Positions 1-12,492 of a DNA stretch of 64,000 nt are shown piece by piece. Under the pieces are notes generated by a model. It was not told the origin of the DNA. It saw only the letters and a list, made by a program, of their open reading frames with translations, and made no database searches. Location of the stretch: contig CM119265.1 in assembly GCA_051294375.1 (NCBI GenBank), forward strand, positions 1,852,280-1,916,279. The letters run 5' to 3'. The stretch is from Paraspadella gotoi (Eukaryota > Animalia > Chaetognatha). The position numbers were made by a program, and so were the translations under genes. Numbering within the stretch: the first letter of the stretch is position 1; each line of letters opens with the position of its first letter.

Positions 1-980
1 CCGTCCGACTGACCGACTGGACTCGTACCCTACTGTATCCCCCGAAGATGTAAGGCCGAGGCTCCTCCGCCCCCAACGTTTGGCGCCGGGGTGGGGTCTC
101 CGCCGTCGCCCCCATGTCATCGCCGCCTCCTGTTTTACAAAAAGCAAATAAGAACGACGGATTACGACGAAAGTTTATGTCCAACAGGTGATGACCATTG
201 GTCACTGTAGGTCCAAAGCCCTGAGCGCCAGATGTCGAGAGAAGGCTAACACCCCTGATATTACACCTGTCCCCCCGTTGCTATAATTGCTTATTTATAT
301 CAACGGAATGGACCTATAAACGGACTTGGTTGGACTAGTGATGTGATTGCTCGTCTCCTTCACGAATCATCATAATGCCGACGATTTACAGACCTTACTT
401 CAACCTTAAAATGACCAATGACCGACAGAGGAACCGACGGAGGGATTGATGGTCAAAATTGCTAAGAGAACTAAGCATTCTTCCCAACATCCAAACTCAA
501 GAAAGAACTCTTCTTCAAATAATCATTAAATTGTTTACATTGTCATCACATTTGTCTTAACCTTTGTCATCGTGTCATCGTTACCTATGTCATCACCCTA
601 ATAATTGTCCGTCATTAATAAAACTATTGTCAACGATATTTACCGTCATATTACAATAACAAGTATGTACAATGTTTAATTTAAATCCAACACGACTTAC
701 CGCCTAGAGACATTCTCGCCATCGACGGAACGAGTCCCGCGTCCGATCCGACGGTCGTTCCTTCGCAGCCGATCGGAGAACGCCGCACGCCCGCGTTACC
801 CGAGGATCCCGTAGAGGGCAAAGAAACAACGGCGCCGCCGCCCGGGATGCGCGGTGAAAATACCGGTTGGCGTAGAGCGCCGCGAGAGATGGAACCCGGA
901 GGCGTGGCCTCGTCGACGGTGGCGAGACGGGCGCGACCGCGAGCGCGTCCGCGGCATCGAGATTTCGAAGTTTCCGACAT
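1..980 (-). CDS. Probable PIWI/Argonaute-family protein, 5' end only (exon 980-701; a further exon from ~129 runs off the window)
   Basis: N-terminus MSETSKSRCRGRARGRAR has the GRARGRAR arginine-methylation motif typical of PIWI N-termini. GTAAGT donor at 700; in-frame phase-1 CAG acceptor near 130. No PAZ or PIWI domain lies inside the window. Confidence 0.45.
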
Positions 981-1236
981 TTTTCTTTTTTTTTCTTTTT
1001 GTTTTTTATAATTAATGGACCATTTAATTGTGCCTGAGTTTAAACCGAAAAAAAGGCAACAATGAACGATGGATTAACGAAACCGTTAAAAAAAACAACC
1101 ACAAAAACAGAGTAATTTTTAAGAATGTAAATAATCGACGACTTAAAGTTGAGGAATGAGAGAGCGAATGGAATCGATTAAAGAGTTACTTTGACGATTT
1201 TTATTAATTTCAATTAATATATTAGGTTGATTATTA

Positions 1237-2505
1237 TTAAGTCAAAACGTTCCCGGACGTCGTCCTTTGTTTTTTCGCCCGCGGAGACTCAAAGTCTCGA
1301 TCTTCGAATTCGTCGTCGTCGTCGAAGTCAAAAAGATCGATGTCGCTGTCGTCGAAAGGGTCGACGGCTGCGGCGGCAGAAGCGGCAGCGGCGGCAGGGT
1401 TGGTGGTGGAAGCGGTGGATGGCTCAACAGAGGGGTTGGCGGCGGGTTCGATCGAGTCTTTGGAAGCGTCCTTCGAGCTGGGAAATCTTTTGACCCCAAA
1501 AACTTCGGCGACGCCTTTCGACGTAGAGAGTTTTTTCGACGAGTGGACGTCGTTAGCCGAAGCAGCGTTCCGCGCGGCGGTGGCGCTCGTTTCTTCGCTG
1601 GCGGCGCCGTTCTGCGACGCGTGGCGCCGCGTCCAGGAGGCGGCGTTCGCGTTAAACTTTTCCCGATCGGTTTTGTATTCGGCGGAAATTTCTTCCATGA
1701 GAGGATCGTCCGGGTTGGGCTCGTTCATGAGAAGCTGAGGATTGAAGAGGAGGGGAAGGGAAGGGAGGGGAGAGAAGATTGGGGAGAGGGGAAGATAGGA
1801 GAAAGGAGGGGAAAGGAGAAGGGAGGAGAGAGGAAATGGGGGGAGAGGAGAAGGGAGGAGAGAGGAAAAGGTAGAAGATAGGAAAAGGAAGGGGAGAGAA
1901 AAAGGAAGGAGAAAGAAAAAGGAGGGAGAAAGAAAAAGGAAGGGGAGATGGGAAGATAGGAGAGAGAAGAAGGGATAGGAAAGAAGTTAGGAGAGAAGAG
2001 AGAAAGCAGAGAAGCCGTGCGATGAATTTCTATTTTCGATTTTCTAACTCTTTACTAAAGAATCTTTAGTCTTTCCTAATTAAGAGATTTGAAGTTTAAA
2101 ATCCCGCCAATAATATTCCCTCGTTTCCCGCCAACAAAACCAAAAAGTAAATCCTCCTCCCCCTCTTACCTGAATCGATAAGAGCACGGTCTTGATGTTC
2201 GAACTCGGCCTCCACTCTCCCTTGGGCGGCATCTTGAGGACGTCGAGACAGATTCTTCCTCCAGCGTCGACGTTGGGATGATAGATCGGCGTCAAGAACT
2301 TGACGTGAGGCGGTTCGAAAGGATAACGAGCGGGGACGCGGACGTCGAGTTTGAAGACGCCGCCGCGGTAGGGCGTGTCGGATCCGCCCACGATGTTGGC
2401 CTGAAGATGGTCGAGCGAGTCGTCGACGCACCAGGCGGTGATGCCGGCCAATGGCGTCGACTTTAACATCGCCACCTCGTGCTTCATACGCCCGAGACGC
2501 TGCAT
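1237..2505 (-). CDS. UBE2T: Ubiquitin-conjugating enzyme E2 T (FANCT); 2 exons (2505-2171, ~1735-1237)
   Basis: MQR...RMKHE start, YPFEPP, HPNVDAGGRICLDVLKMPPKGEWRPS, EPNPDDPLM; long low-complexity C-terminal tail. Confidence 0.88.
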
Positions 2506-2724
2506 TTTCGCCCTCGAGCTTCAAAGGAGAAAAGTCATGAGTCGATGAAAGTTTGAAGCGCGCGAGAAATCATCGGAATAACAATAACAAAAACAAAATT
2601 GACTGAAAAAGAAAAACCAGCGAAGTTCGGATGTATGTCTAAAATTACTACAAAAAAAGTAGCGTCTACTAAACTATGCGATTTGCCGAAAGAACATACA
2701 AAAAAAAGGAATTGCGCGGATATT

Positions 2725-5700
2725 TTAACTCTTAAAAGTCCTCTTAATTTTCGGGCCCTCCGTCGCCCCTTTGGTCCCCGCGATTCCCTTCTTCTTATTC
2801 TCCTTCAAAGTCTTTAAGAAATTCTCCATTTCGTCCAAAGCAGAATTTTTCGCTTTATCGGCGGCGCGCGGCGAGGGCGGCGCCGCCGCCACCGGACGAG
2901 GCGGTTTTTTCGCGGAGCCGGCGCCGAGGGAGGGGCCGTTTGACTTTACGGCGCCGAAACCGACTTTTCCGTCCGGCGCTTTTCGTGAGTCGAGAGATTT
3001 ACGTCGTTCGACCGGGGATTTTCTCTTCCTTCTTTTATTTTTCTTACGTTTGTCGTCGGTTGAAGATGAAGACGACGACGACGACGAAGAAGAAGATGAC
3101 GACGTGGAAGACGAGGACCGACCGACCATAGACTTATCAACCCAAACGTCATTTGTCGCGCTGCGTCTTCTACTTTTCGACGCCGCGGCGCTCTTTTTCC
3201 GCGCTTCGCTTTTCGCGGCCTCTTTCGAAGATCCATTCCTGACGCCGTCACTCCCTGGAGACGGATTGGGCGTCGATGAATTATCTCGTCCAGTGGATCT
3301 CCCTCTTCGGATTTTTTCTCCATATTCAGTCTTGGGCGCATCGGTCTTCCGCGCATCGGTCTTGCGCACATCGGTCTTGCGCGCATCGGTCTTGCGCGCA
3401 TCGGTCTTGCGCGCATCGTCCTCCTTTGGCGCCTCCGACTTTCTCTTCGCCTCAGCAAGGTCGCGTCCTTCGAAATACTTGCCAGCGTCAGGAAACTTAC
3501 CCTCGTCAACATCGCGACGAGATTCCCCCGACTTTCTAGAATTCTCAGATCGTCGTGAGTCGGCGTCGCAAGAGGGCGCCTTTCCGGACGATGACGTCGT
3601 CCATTCATCGGCGCCGGATTTTCGCCGAGTTTTCCCCTTCTCACTTCCGGAGAGTTTTCGTCCCCTTTGCGGCGCTATCTTCGCCGTGGGCGACGACGAA
3701 GACGACGACCGCCTTTCATCCCGGCGCCGATCGACGCCAGATCGTCGTCGATCCTCCCGAGGCGATGATCTCGAGCGGCGTCGTCTCGACGACCCGCCCT
3801 TCTCGTCTTCCCTATACTGCAAAGGCGGCGTCATTTTCTTTCGCCGCCCCGGATCTGGAGAAACGGATGGACGTTTCGCGGAGGAGGCGTCGTCGTCGTC
3901 TCCACGGCGCCGGTTTTCGTTCGAAGACAAAGAAGAATCGGAATGACGCCGCTTTCTCGCCGACGCGGGATTAATCGATCGATCGCCTCGAGACGAATCC
4001 GGCGCTTTTTCTCTTCCTCTTCCTTCTCTCGAGAGATCGTACTTTTCGTAGATGATCCTCAAATCGTCTTCCTGATCGTCGTCTCGTCCGTTGGTCGATT
4101 TCCTTCGCCCCGACGTGGTCGCGGATCGAGGAGAGAAGGCGTCTCTTCTCTCTGGACTCATATCGCTCCTCATTCCCCCAAAGACCCTCCCTCCTCCCAC
4201 CCCATCGCCTCCGCCTCCCAGTCGCCCCAATCTCGTCCTCGCGTCGTCGCTCTTTGGTTTCAATTCGATGACCCGAGTGTAGATCTCTTTGGCGCCGTCG
4301 AGGTCGCCCTTCTCGGTGAGGGCGGCGCCCAACGCCATCAACGTCTCCGTGAGAAACTTCTTGGCGTTGTGGTGGGAGGGATCGTGGCGGAGGGCGAGCT
4401 CGAAATCCTCGATGGCGCGACGGAGGTGGTTGGCGCTGGCCTGGAGGGGGTTGGGGTGTGATTAAAAAAATACTTTCATTTGTAAAGCTACAATACTACA
4501 ATGAAATATCTAAATATTATTTCGAAAACTAAACCATGAAACCTTATTGAAAGTATCCCTAAGACAGTAAAAGAAACCTTTTAGTAAAACCATCTTAAAA
4601 GATATGAGAAGTAATCTTGACAGCTACAATATGCAAATGAGATCGAGGAACTCAATCTCATTTGAAATGATCTCAAAGTTACTCTCCCTCACCTGACACA
4701 CCCCCCTCGCCACGAGCCCCTCCACGTTGTCCGGATCGATCTTTAACGCCCGATTGAGACACAACATCGCCTCGACGCTCTTCCCGCGCTTGAGATCCTC
4801 CACGCCCTTGGAGACACTCTCCAAGGCCCACTTGGCGTATTGCGCCTTTGCCATGGCGGGCGCTCGTTGGGCTGCCGAATAGCGGAGGCCGTGGAGGCCG
4901 CGCATGAGCGTTGGGTGGCGGATGCCGAGCGACTCGTCGATCAGGAGGCGTCGACCGATGACGTCGAGGTTACCAGGATTCTTGAATTCGGCGAGCGACT
5001 CGAGGACGCGCTCGAAGTCGTAGCCGCGGGCGTCGAGGGCCGCGCGGTAATGAGAGGGCAGCTCATCGTCGGCGACGGGGCCGAGTTTGTTGCTAAGAGG
5101 CAATAGATTGATTGATTGATTGATCGATCGTCGGATTGGTAAGGGAATCCCCTCAAACGCTTACCTTACGGCCCCGGGAGCGACGAGCTCGCTCATGGTG
5201 AGCAGCAGCCTCATGGAGCCGTCCAACATGGCGCTCATGAACTTGACCTTAACGAGGTCCTTGGGGGAGAACTCTTCCAGCCGCATCTCCTTCTGGTGCT
5301 GTCGAGGCAAACCCCCGCAAAAACCCGTCACTTCCAGATCCTCCACCCAAACTTTGTTCGCGCGGGTTTTTTTTAGGACGAGGATGTTTTCGATTAGGTA
5401 TTATCGAGGGTTTATTAAAGTTTTAAAAGTGGTAGAAATACAGATAAGAATTAAGAAAAAGAAGAAAAGTTGAAGAGAAAAGTGAGCGAAACGGAGTTGA
5501 ATAAGGAAAAAAGAAAACCCAGCCCCCCCCCCAAAAAAAAAAGAATAAAAGGAATTTATGTTTTGTTTCCACGAAAGAAAAATCAGATGATCCGGGCATC
5601 AAGAGTCATATAAAGAAGAACGAAATTAAAGTTCAAATTTCCGAAAATGTTAAACAAAGTAAAAGTAAAAAGTAAAAAAAACAACAAAAAAAGAAAAGTC

Positions 5701-7806
5701 AAAGAAGCGGAGATGAAAGATCGGAGATCGGAGATAAAAATTGGGCGAATCAGTGAGTTGAGGTGATTGAGAAAAAATATGGTTGGCAAAGTAAGACATA
5801 TAGTTTTAGATGTCAGAAAAAGTCAAAAAAAGGAAAGAGGAAAATTGGAATTCGCGAAAACGTCGTTTCATTGTTTTTTTTAAAAAAGGTTTTGGGATGA
5901 ATTTCGCGTCGTCGTTGAGACAATCATCGTTGCCGAAAAACGATCGTACAGATTTGGGTTTTTTTTTTTTTTTAAATTTAATTTTCACGAAAATACATTT
6001 ATTGCATTAAACGAAATTTATAATTACGATTACATGGTTAACCATTAAGCAATTTGTATTACCCGTGAAACGTGGATTAAATTGTGTCCCAAAGGTGCAG
6101 CGGGAAGTCGGGAAATGTGGGAGGATGTTGGCAGAAGTCGAGAAAAGGATCGGTGACCATCAATGAATCCCGCGTCGCGATACAACGTCCAACATCAAAG
6201 TTGTTTTGTTGTTTTGTTTTGTAATAAATTTGTTTTTCACGGCGCCGTTTAATGAAGAGAGGGATGGTCGGGCGTCGGCGTTGACCGGTTGGGTTTGTCA
6301 TGGGGGGAAAATTGCGACGACTGATCAATTCGTTCGAGAAACATTCCAATACCGCATACATATCTCACTCAAACTTAGTCATAGATATATATATTAACAG
6401 TTTCAAAATAAAATTGGGCGAGTGGTTATCGAAATGAAAATTGAGACGAACCGCACCTGGGTGAGAGTCCGAAGTGCAGAGCAGCAGCAAAACGAGGCAA
6501 TTCTCTTGGACCGACTTGACCGAACAGAAAAGGATGTCACCGACTTGAAGTCTGGATATGACGATTCCAAAATTAATTTATTATATAAACATTCTTTGAA
6601 ATATTTTCCACTTCATAGATAGGGAAGCCAGGTACTCTGGGAGTGAATAAACGAGACTGTGAGAGAGTCTTGATTCAAAGCTTGCAGGGACCTGCTATGT
6701 CATTATCTTGTAAGAGTGATGGAGGCCTTAAACCACCAAAGCCTGTCCAAAGTCAGGGGCAAGATAGCTTATTTATTAAATGAATGGATAATTTTTATAT
6801 TGGTTGTACCAATTTCATAACAATTTAAATGAAATATTAGATCTACCAATATAGATATTTTCTCGTTTATTTTATGAAATTGGTACAACCAATATAAAAA
6901 TTATCCATTCATTTAATAAATAAGCTATCTTGCCCATTTTATTTTTCCCCCCTTTTTTTTCTGTTTTACAGATTTTTATTTTTTATTTTCTACGTGCTTT
7001 TATTTTGAATTTCTTTTTATCTTACATTTTTTCCCCCTTTTTTTCTTTTCCTTTTTCACTTTTCACTTTCCTCTTCCCTTTTCCTTTTTTCACTTTCCTC
7101 TTCCCTTTTCCTTTCAAACCTCCACTTCTTTCCTCACCCTTGGACGAATTTCCTCTTCCTCTCTCCGACGTCGAGCTCCATCCAAACCTCGAGCGGCGGC
7201 ATCCTTCCCGAGCAGCCCGTCTCCTCTTCCTCCTCCAGCGCCGACTCAAGGAGTTAAAAAAAGGAAGGAAGAGAGTGAAGAGACGCGGGAAAGAAAGAGA
7301 GAGAGAGCGAGAGAGAGAGAGACACTAACCCTGGCGGAGAGGAGACGGTCCATCTCCTCGAGAGGCTTGAAGAGGATGTCCGCTTTGCGAGACACGAAGG
7401 TCAAGAGTTTGGTGGAGAAGGCGGCGTCGGCGTCCGGGCGGGAGGAAGGGCGTTGGGGGAGGGGTTCCGGGGGCGCGGAACTGCGGGGGGGGGCAGGAGA
7501 AGGGATTGAAAGTTTGAATCATCTTGCGATGAGATTATCTTGTAAGAGAGATGGAGTCATGGAGACCATAGCCTGTCAAAAGCTAGGAGCATGGCTAAAT
7601 GATTAATTTTTATATGGATTAATTTAATAATATTAACTAATTAATTAAATTAATTAGCCACACGCATTAATCTCCAACCGCCTCTGCTCTCACCTCCCGA
7701 TTCCCGGATCGAGTTTCGGCCAAAGTTCCGGTTGGTCGGCCTCCAACGCTTCGCAGAGACGCCGCCCGTGGAAGGCCACGGCGCCGGCCACCAAATCCTC
7801 GTCCAT
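2725..7806 (-). CDS. TTC14: Tetratricopeptide repeat protein 14 (S1 domain, TPRs, Arg/Ser-rich tail); multi-exon
   Basis: Exons encode MDEDLVAGAVAFHG (7806), MPPLEVWMEL (~7200), LQVGDILFCSV (~6550), ELPSHYR...FKNPG...LMRGL...WALESVSKGV...ALKIDPDNVEGLVARG (5100-4693), then a large RS/K-rich last exon. Order and motifs match TTC14. Confidence 0.85.
3339..3418 (-). repeat. 15-bp coding tandem repeat (KTDAR x5) in TTC14
   Basis: CATCGGTCTTGCGCG units. Confidence 0.85.
6608..6818 (+). repeat. Dispersed ~210-bp repeat (family R), full copy in a TTC14 intron
   Basis: Closely similar to 56377-56593; partial copies at ~6872-6935(-), 7533-7612, 21030-21116(-), 34481-34563 and 53758-53880(-). Confidence 0.85.
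6757..6935. repeat. Perfect inverted repeat with 64-bp arms and a 51-bp spacer, formed by two R tails
   Basis: 6757-6820 is the reverse complement of 6872-6935. Confidence 0.9.
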
Positions 7807-7996
7807 TTCTCCGGCGTCGAGAGAAATATCCGGCAAAAGCGATTCACTTTACGGTTTAATATTTTTATTCAATAGTTACAAAGCGTCGGAAAATCTAATT
7901 GCGCTGGAAATTATAATAAATAAAAAGATTGTAAAAAAGATAATCAAGAGTCAACGTTCTTAACGACAAAGCAAAAACGAATGCGGCTTAGAAATT

Positions 7997-8058
7997 GGGT
8001 TGGGGTGATCCCTTTTGGGTTGGGGTGATCCCTTTTGGGTTGGGGGTGATCCCTTTTT
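7997..8058. repeat. Three ~20-bp tandem units (TGGGTTGGGGTGATCCCTTT) in the SURF1 3' region
   Basis: Read directly. Confidence 0.85.
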
Positions 8059-8105
8059 CTTTTCTCGGTGATCCAGGGTTGCGTCGGAAAAAGTCAGGAA
8101 GGAAG

Positions 8106-10518
8106 TCATTTAACGTATCTGAACCACCAGAGGACAGAGGTGAGAACTGCCAGTGAGAACCAGGTGACGATGTAAGACAAATGTTCGTTTCTTAGAGTCA
8201 CACGAGTTTGACCTAGAAATACGAAGTTATGGTGGCTGAAAGGAATTAGGGTGATACGGCAACAGCCGGGTTGCCTGTGATGCCCATTGGGATGGGGTAT
8301 CTCACTGTCACTGGGGCGGTTACCCTAGGACGGTCTCGCTTTGCCAACGCAGAGGGAAGTCGTTAGGACTGGATGGAACGCAACGCCTGGGACGGTGCGT
8401 TCCCCCTCTTAGCCAATGGGATTGGCTGAACGCTAATGGACGTGAGGCGGTGTGAATATACCACCACAGTGACACCAAAAGATATCAGCGAAAACATGCA
8501 AGAAAGTCACCTCCGATGGGTCCGCCTTGGACGGAGCTCTTGGCGTCCGCGTCGAGAAAAACAGGCGTCGTCTTCATCTTCTCCGCCAGAGCTAAAATAT
8601 TCGGGGAATAATAATTATTAACTTATGGCAACAGCCGGGTTGCCTGTGATGCCCAATGGAATGGGGCATCACACTGTTGGCTTTGGGGGCTTCCGACCCT
8701 CAGTGTCGCCTCCAGTCACTGGCGCGGTTACCCTAGGACGGTCTCGCTTTGCCAACGCAGAGGGAAGTCGTTAGGACTGTGGATGGAACACTACGCCTTG
8801 GATGGTGTTTTCCCCCTCTGAGCCAATGGATTTTGGCTGAAGGATGGTGGACGTGAGGCGGTGTGAATATACCGCCACAAACTTTAATTATTTTTATTTT
8901 TATTTTTTATTTTATTTACTTATCAATATTTTCTTTTTGTTTTTGCAAATCAGTTCATCGACGACGACAAGGAGGAACGCCATCTCTACTCACCAAAGAC
9001 GTCGCGACTTTGCCAGACGTTTGACGTTCGATCGTTGGACGTTAAATACGCGTTTCGGTCCGAGTGACGCACCACGCCCACCAGATCCACCTGGCGATGA
9101 AAAGAAAAAGAGAAGTTGACGTCCGCGTCACCAAGGAGACGATCGACGAACGCATCGGACTCACCTCGCCCGCGATTTGACCTTCGAGTCGAGTCGATGG
9201 ATCCATCTTCTCCTTCGGGACCCAACCTCGATTCACGATGATGCGGTCGCCCTGTATTCAAATAATGATATACAATTATAACAACATTAACAATATAACA
9301 TTGATAAAATGGGAGGAAAAACCTCGTGCGGTCCTTCTGTCAAGACGAACGGCGTCAAGACATGAGCGCCGATCCCAGAGGAGCTCGACATCATCCCGCC
9401 GCGGACGCCGCTCTCGAAGGAGAGAGCTCTTGACGAGGGGAGATGAAGACTTCGGCCGAGTGATCGAAGAAACCGCGGACGGAAATCTGAAGAATGTGGG
9501 GAAAGGGGGGGAAAGGGGGGTGGGGGGGAGAAAGGGGGAAAGGGGGGGGGGGGGGGGGGGGGGAGAAAGGGGGAAAGGGGGAGAAAGGGAGGGTAGGGGG
9601 AAAAGCGGTTAACATTGTGGGGTAATAATAATTGATCAATTATCATCTCATTGAAATATCTAGATTAAAACTTCATCAACGGAAGGGACCAATGGACAAA
9701 CTTGGTCGCCCTTGTGATGTGATTGGTCGTCCTCTTTGCGAATTATCGAACAGGCGACGAATCGCAGACCTTATCCAGCGTAAGTCCGACCAATGAGAGA
9801 CTAAGAGATTGTCGATGGATCTCAAAAACACTCTCTCACATGACATCCTACCCTCAAGAAACAAACCTTATTAAAAATTGTACTCGAATAATAAATTGAT
9901 TGTTTGCTCTGTCTGTCATCAATTTCAGTAATTTGTGAATTATTTTAAATGAGATCCAGTCCGTCAATCTCATTTGCATATTGTCGGGTTCAGATTAAGT
10001 ATTGATAAATAATATTTAATAAATATTCCGTCATTGATTAATAAACAATAATTTGCCTTAACTTATTAATTACCCTTCGTTAATTTGAAGAAACGTCAAC
10101 GACAAGAAGGACGATACTTGATGCATTTCCCCCACCTTGTTGTATTCGAGGAGCTGAAGGTCGTTGAGGTCATAGGGAAGGAGGCTCGGGGTTCGGGTCA
10201 TCTTCGAGTCCAACTCCTCGATCAGATTCAATTTCCACTCGCGACGTCGGACCTTTTTATAAGAGGGACTGATTACATTACAATACAATACAACACGCAG
10301 TAAGTGATCAATACCTGCCAGCATCCGAGACCAAAGGCAGTGGCCGGGATGATCAGGACAAAGTAGGGTCTCTTGTTTCTAAACTCTCGTTTCTTTCCGG
10401 CGCCGGCGAGTTCGGCGACCGACGCCGCCCGACGCCGCGACGACGAGAATTCGCGCCGAGGGAGGGAATCGACGCCGCGGCGGAGCAGCGGCGAATTGAA
10501 GAAAAACGCCGCCGCCAT
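8106..10518 (-). CDS. SURF1: Surfeit locus protein 1 (cytochrome c oxidase assembly); multi-exon
   Basis: [48 protein letters not shown]...[27 protein letters not shown]; TGA at 8108-8106. Confidence 0.93.
8255..8468 (-). mobile_element. Structured small element, subfamily A (internally deleted copy), in the last SURF1 intron
   Basis: Reads TACGGCAAC...ACCACCACA on +; 4-bp TSD GTGA on both sides. Confidence 0.85.
8624..8879 (-). mobile_element. Structured small element, subfamily A, in a SURF1 intron
   Basis: TATGGCAAC...ACCGCCACA on +; TSD AACT on both sides. Confidence 0.88.
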
Positions 10519-10824
10519 CGCGAGAGTTTTATGAAGGAGAAAACGAGATCGGCTAAGGAAAGTTCGCCGATCTTTTCTTCATTTTTTTTTCGCGGGTGTT
10601 AGAAAAAAAAGGTTTAGATTTCATGCAATGGCTGTAAATTGTATAAAATGTAACATCGAAACATGTTGCATTAAAACATCAAACGTAATTCTATACAGTA
10701 GAAGTAAAAGAAAAGTAATCTCCCAAAAAATTTGAACGATTAAGATTAATGTATAAAGAGGAAAGCAGATCGTTGCTACGCAAACACGTGAATAATAAAG
10801 CTTAACAAAAAGTAGAATCAAAAT

Positions 10825-11543
10825 TCATATTATAAAATGTGGTATATACCCATTTTTTGTGACCAGAACTCGTTCCGAGAAAACTACTGGACCAAATTTA
10901 TTGAAATTTGGAATGAACGATCTCTATGTGAATAATAATAAAACTATCGAGGCGAATTTCAATATTTGACCGCTGAGCCGAGATATGGGCAACCCGGGGG
11001 GGTCACCCATGGGGGCAAAAAATGGTCAAAAATTTTTTTCAAATTTTTTAATTATTTTTATTTTGAACAGTTGCACAGACGTTTACTCTTCCACGTATTT
11101 ATTACCTCAAAAATATTTATTTACCTTAATTTTTAGCTTCATAAACATCAGCAGTTAAATCAGATTAGGAATAATTTGGGAAAATTGGAAGTAAAACAAT
11201 GAACCATGCATCTTCAACCATGCTTAATTATTGCAAATTTATCAATTTTAGTTCTAAAATGTTTTTTTCTTATGTTTAAAACGTCAATGCACTTGATGCT
11301 ACTATAAAATTTTGAAAAATGAAAAAAAATTTTTAGCATTTTTTGGCCCCCTAGCGGTCCACCCCCAGGGCCCTGAATCTCTTGTCAGGGGTTGAATATC
11401 AAGATTCGCCTCAATAGTTCCATTTATATAGTCATTAGCACTAAATGTAAAATTTCATTAAATTCGATCGGGTAGTTTGGTGGGAACAGATTCACACATT
11501 TTATAATATGAAGCCTTCTGTAGTAGATCACGAACAGGCTTGT
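10825..11543 (+). mobile_element. Non-autonomous Helitron/Helentron(HINE)-like foldback element
   Basis: 5' TC start; subterminal inverted repeat TCATATTATAAAATGTG / CACATTTTATAATATGA; long imperfect internal palindrome; 3' hairpin AAGCCT...AGGCTT ending CTTGT; no TSD seen. Confidence 0.6.
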
Positions 11544-12492
11544 ACCTTTTTATATTTTTAAATAAAAAAAATTTATTTTTTATTTTTTAATTTTTGCTTA
11601 CGTCCATATTTATACATAGTACTCGCCATAAAAAATATCACAATTTTAATATGTTTTTTCTTATTTTTATTTCATTAAGTGGGTCAAAATCCTAAAAAAC
11701 TATTATAATTAACTTATAATTAAATTTTAGTAGGAAAAATATAGCTTTTTGAATTTTTGGCTAACTTAATGAAATAATTTTTGATTAAGACTTATATTTT
11801 CTTTTATCAACTTTTTATGTATAAATTTGGGCGTATGCGAAAATTAATGTTCATGATCAACTATTCGAATTTTGATCTGCAACTTTCACTACGCCTTAGT
11901 GAATAATTATCCGTGCCTCGTGTCTACCCACTGGATTCTTGAACCGAATTGCTTAAACTTAAACTAAAAGAATTAACGTCAATCAATGAAAGTTGATGGG
12001 CCTGACGATACATACATCTATAAAAATGGATACAAAAACGAACAAACACAAGCTCGTAGGTGAAAGGAAAACAAATGTAAAAACGATAAAAACTATCCAA
12101 TAAATCTCGAATTAATAAACAAGATGACGATAAAAAAAAAATTGTTTAAAATATTTGGAGAAGAGACGAAACGAATTCAACTCAAACAAGTAAGCGACGG
12201 AGGAGTGCTTCGATTCACTGCATCAAAGACAAAGAGTCAATCAAGTATCAAGCCGAATCTTTCTTCCTCAAAAATAACTGCAATGTCACGAGAGATTATA
12301 AAAGGGGTAATCCTAGGGTCCTAAATATAACGGTATATTTAGCTGACCTCTTTCATTAATTATGAAAAGGGGCCCAAAGAAATTGGAAAACCGACTAGTT
12401 TGGAGGCGGCTAATTTGAGCAAAGATTTGATAACGCGCCCTTGGACCTTTAATCACCCCATCATTGAGGCGCCTCAAATTCCCATAACAACA

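Noticed and set aside
6630-6675. Hammerhead-like string CTGGGAGTGAATAAACGAGAC...GTC in family R
   Set aside because: The core deviates from CUGANGA and GAAA in both full copies, and stem I cannot form.
8255-8879. Two adjacent A copies read as the paired LTRs of one TRIM, or as introners
   Set aside because: Each copy has its own different TSD, they are separated by a SURF1 exon, and their ends do not coincide with splice sites.
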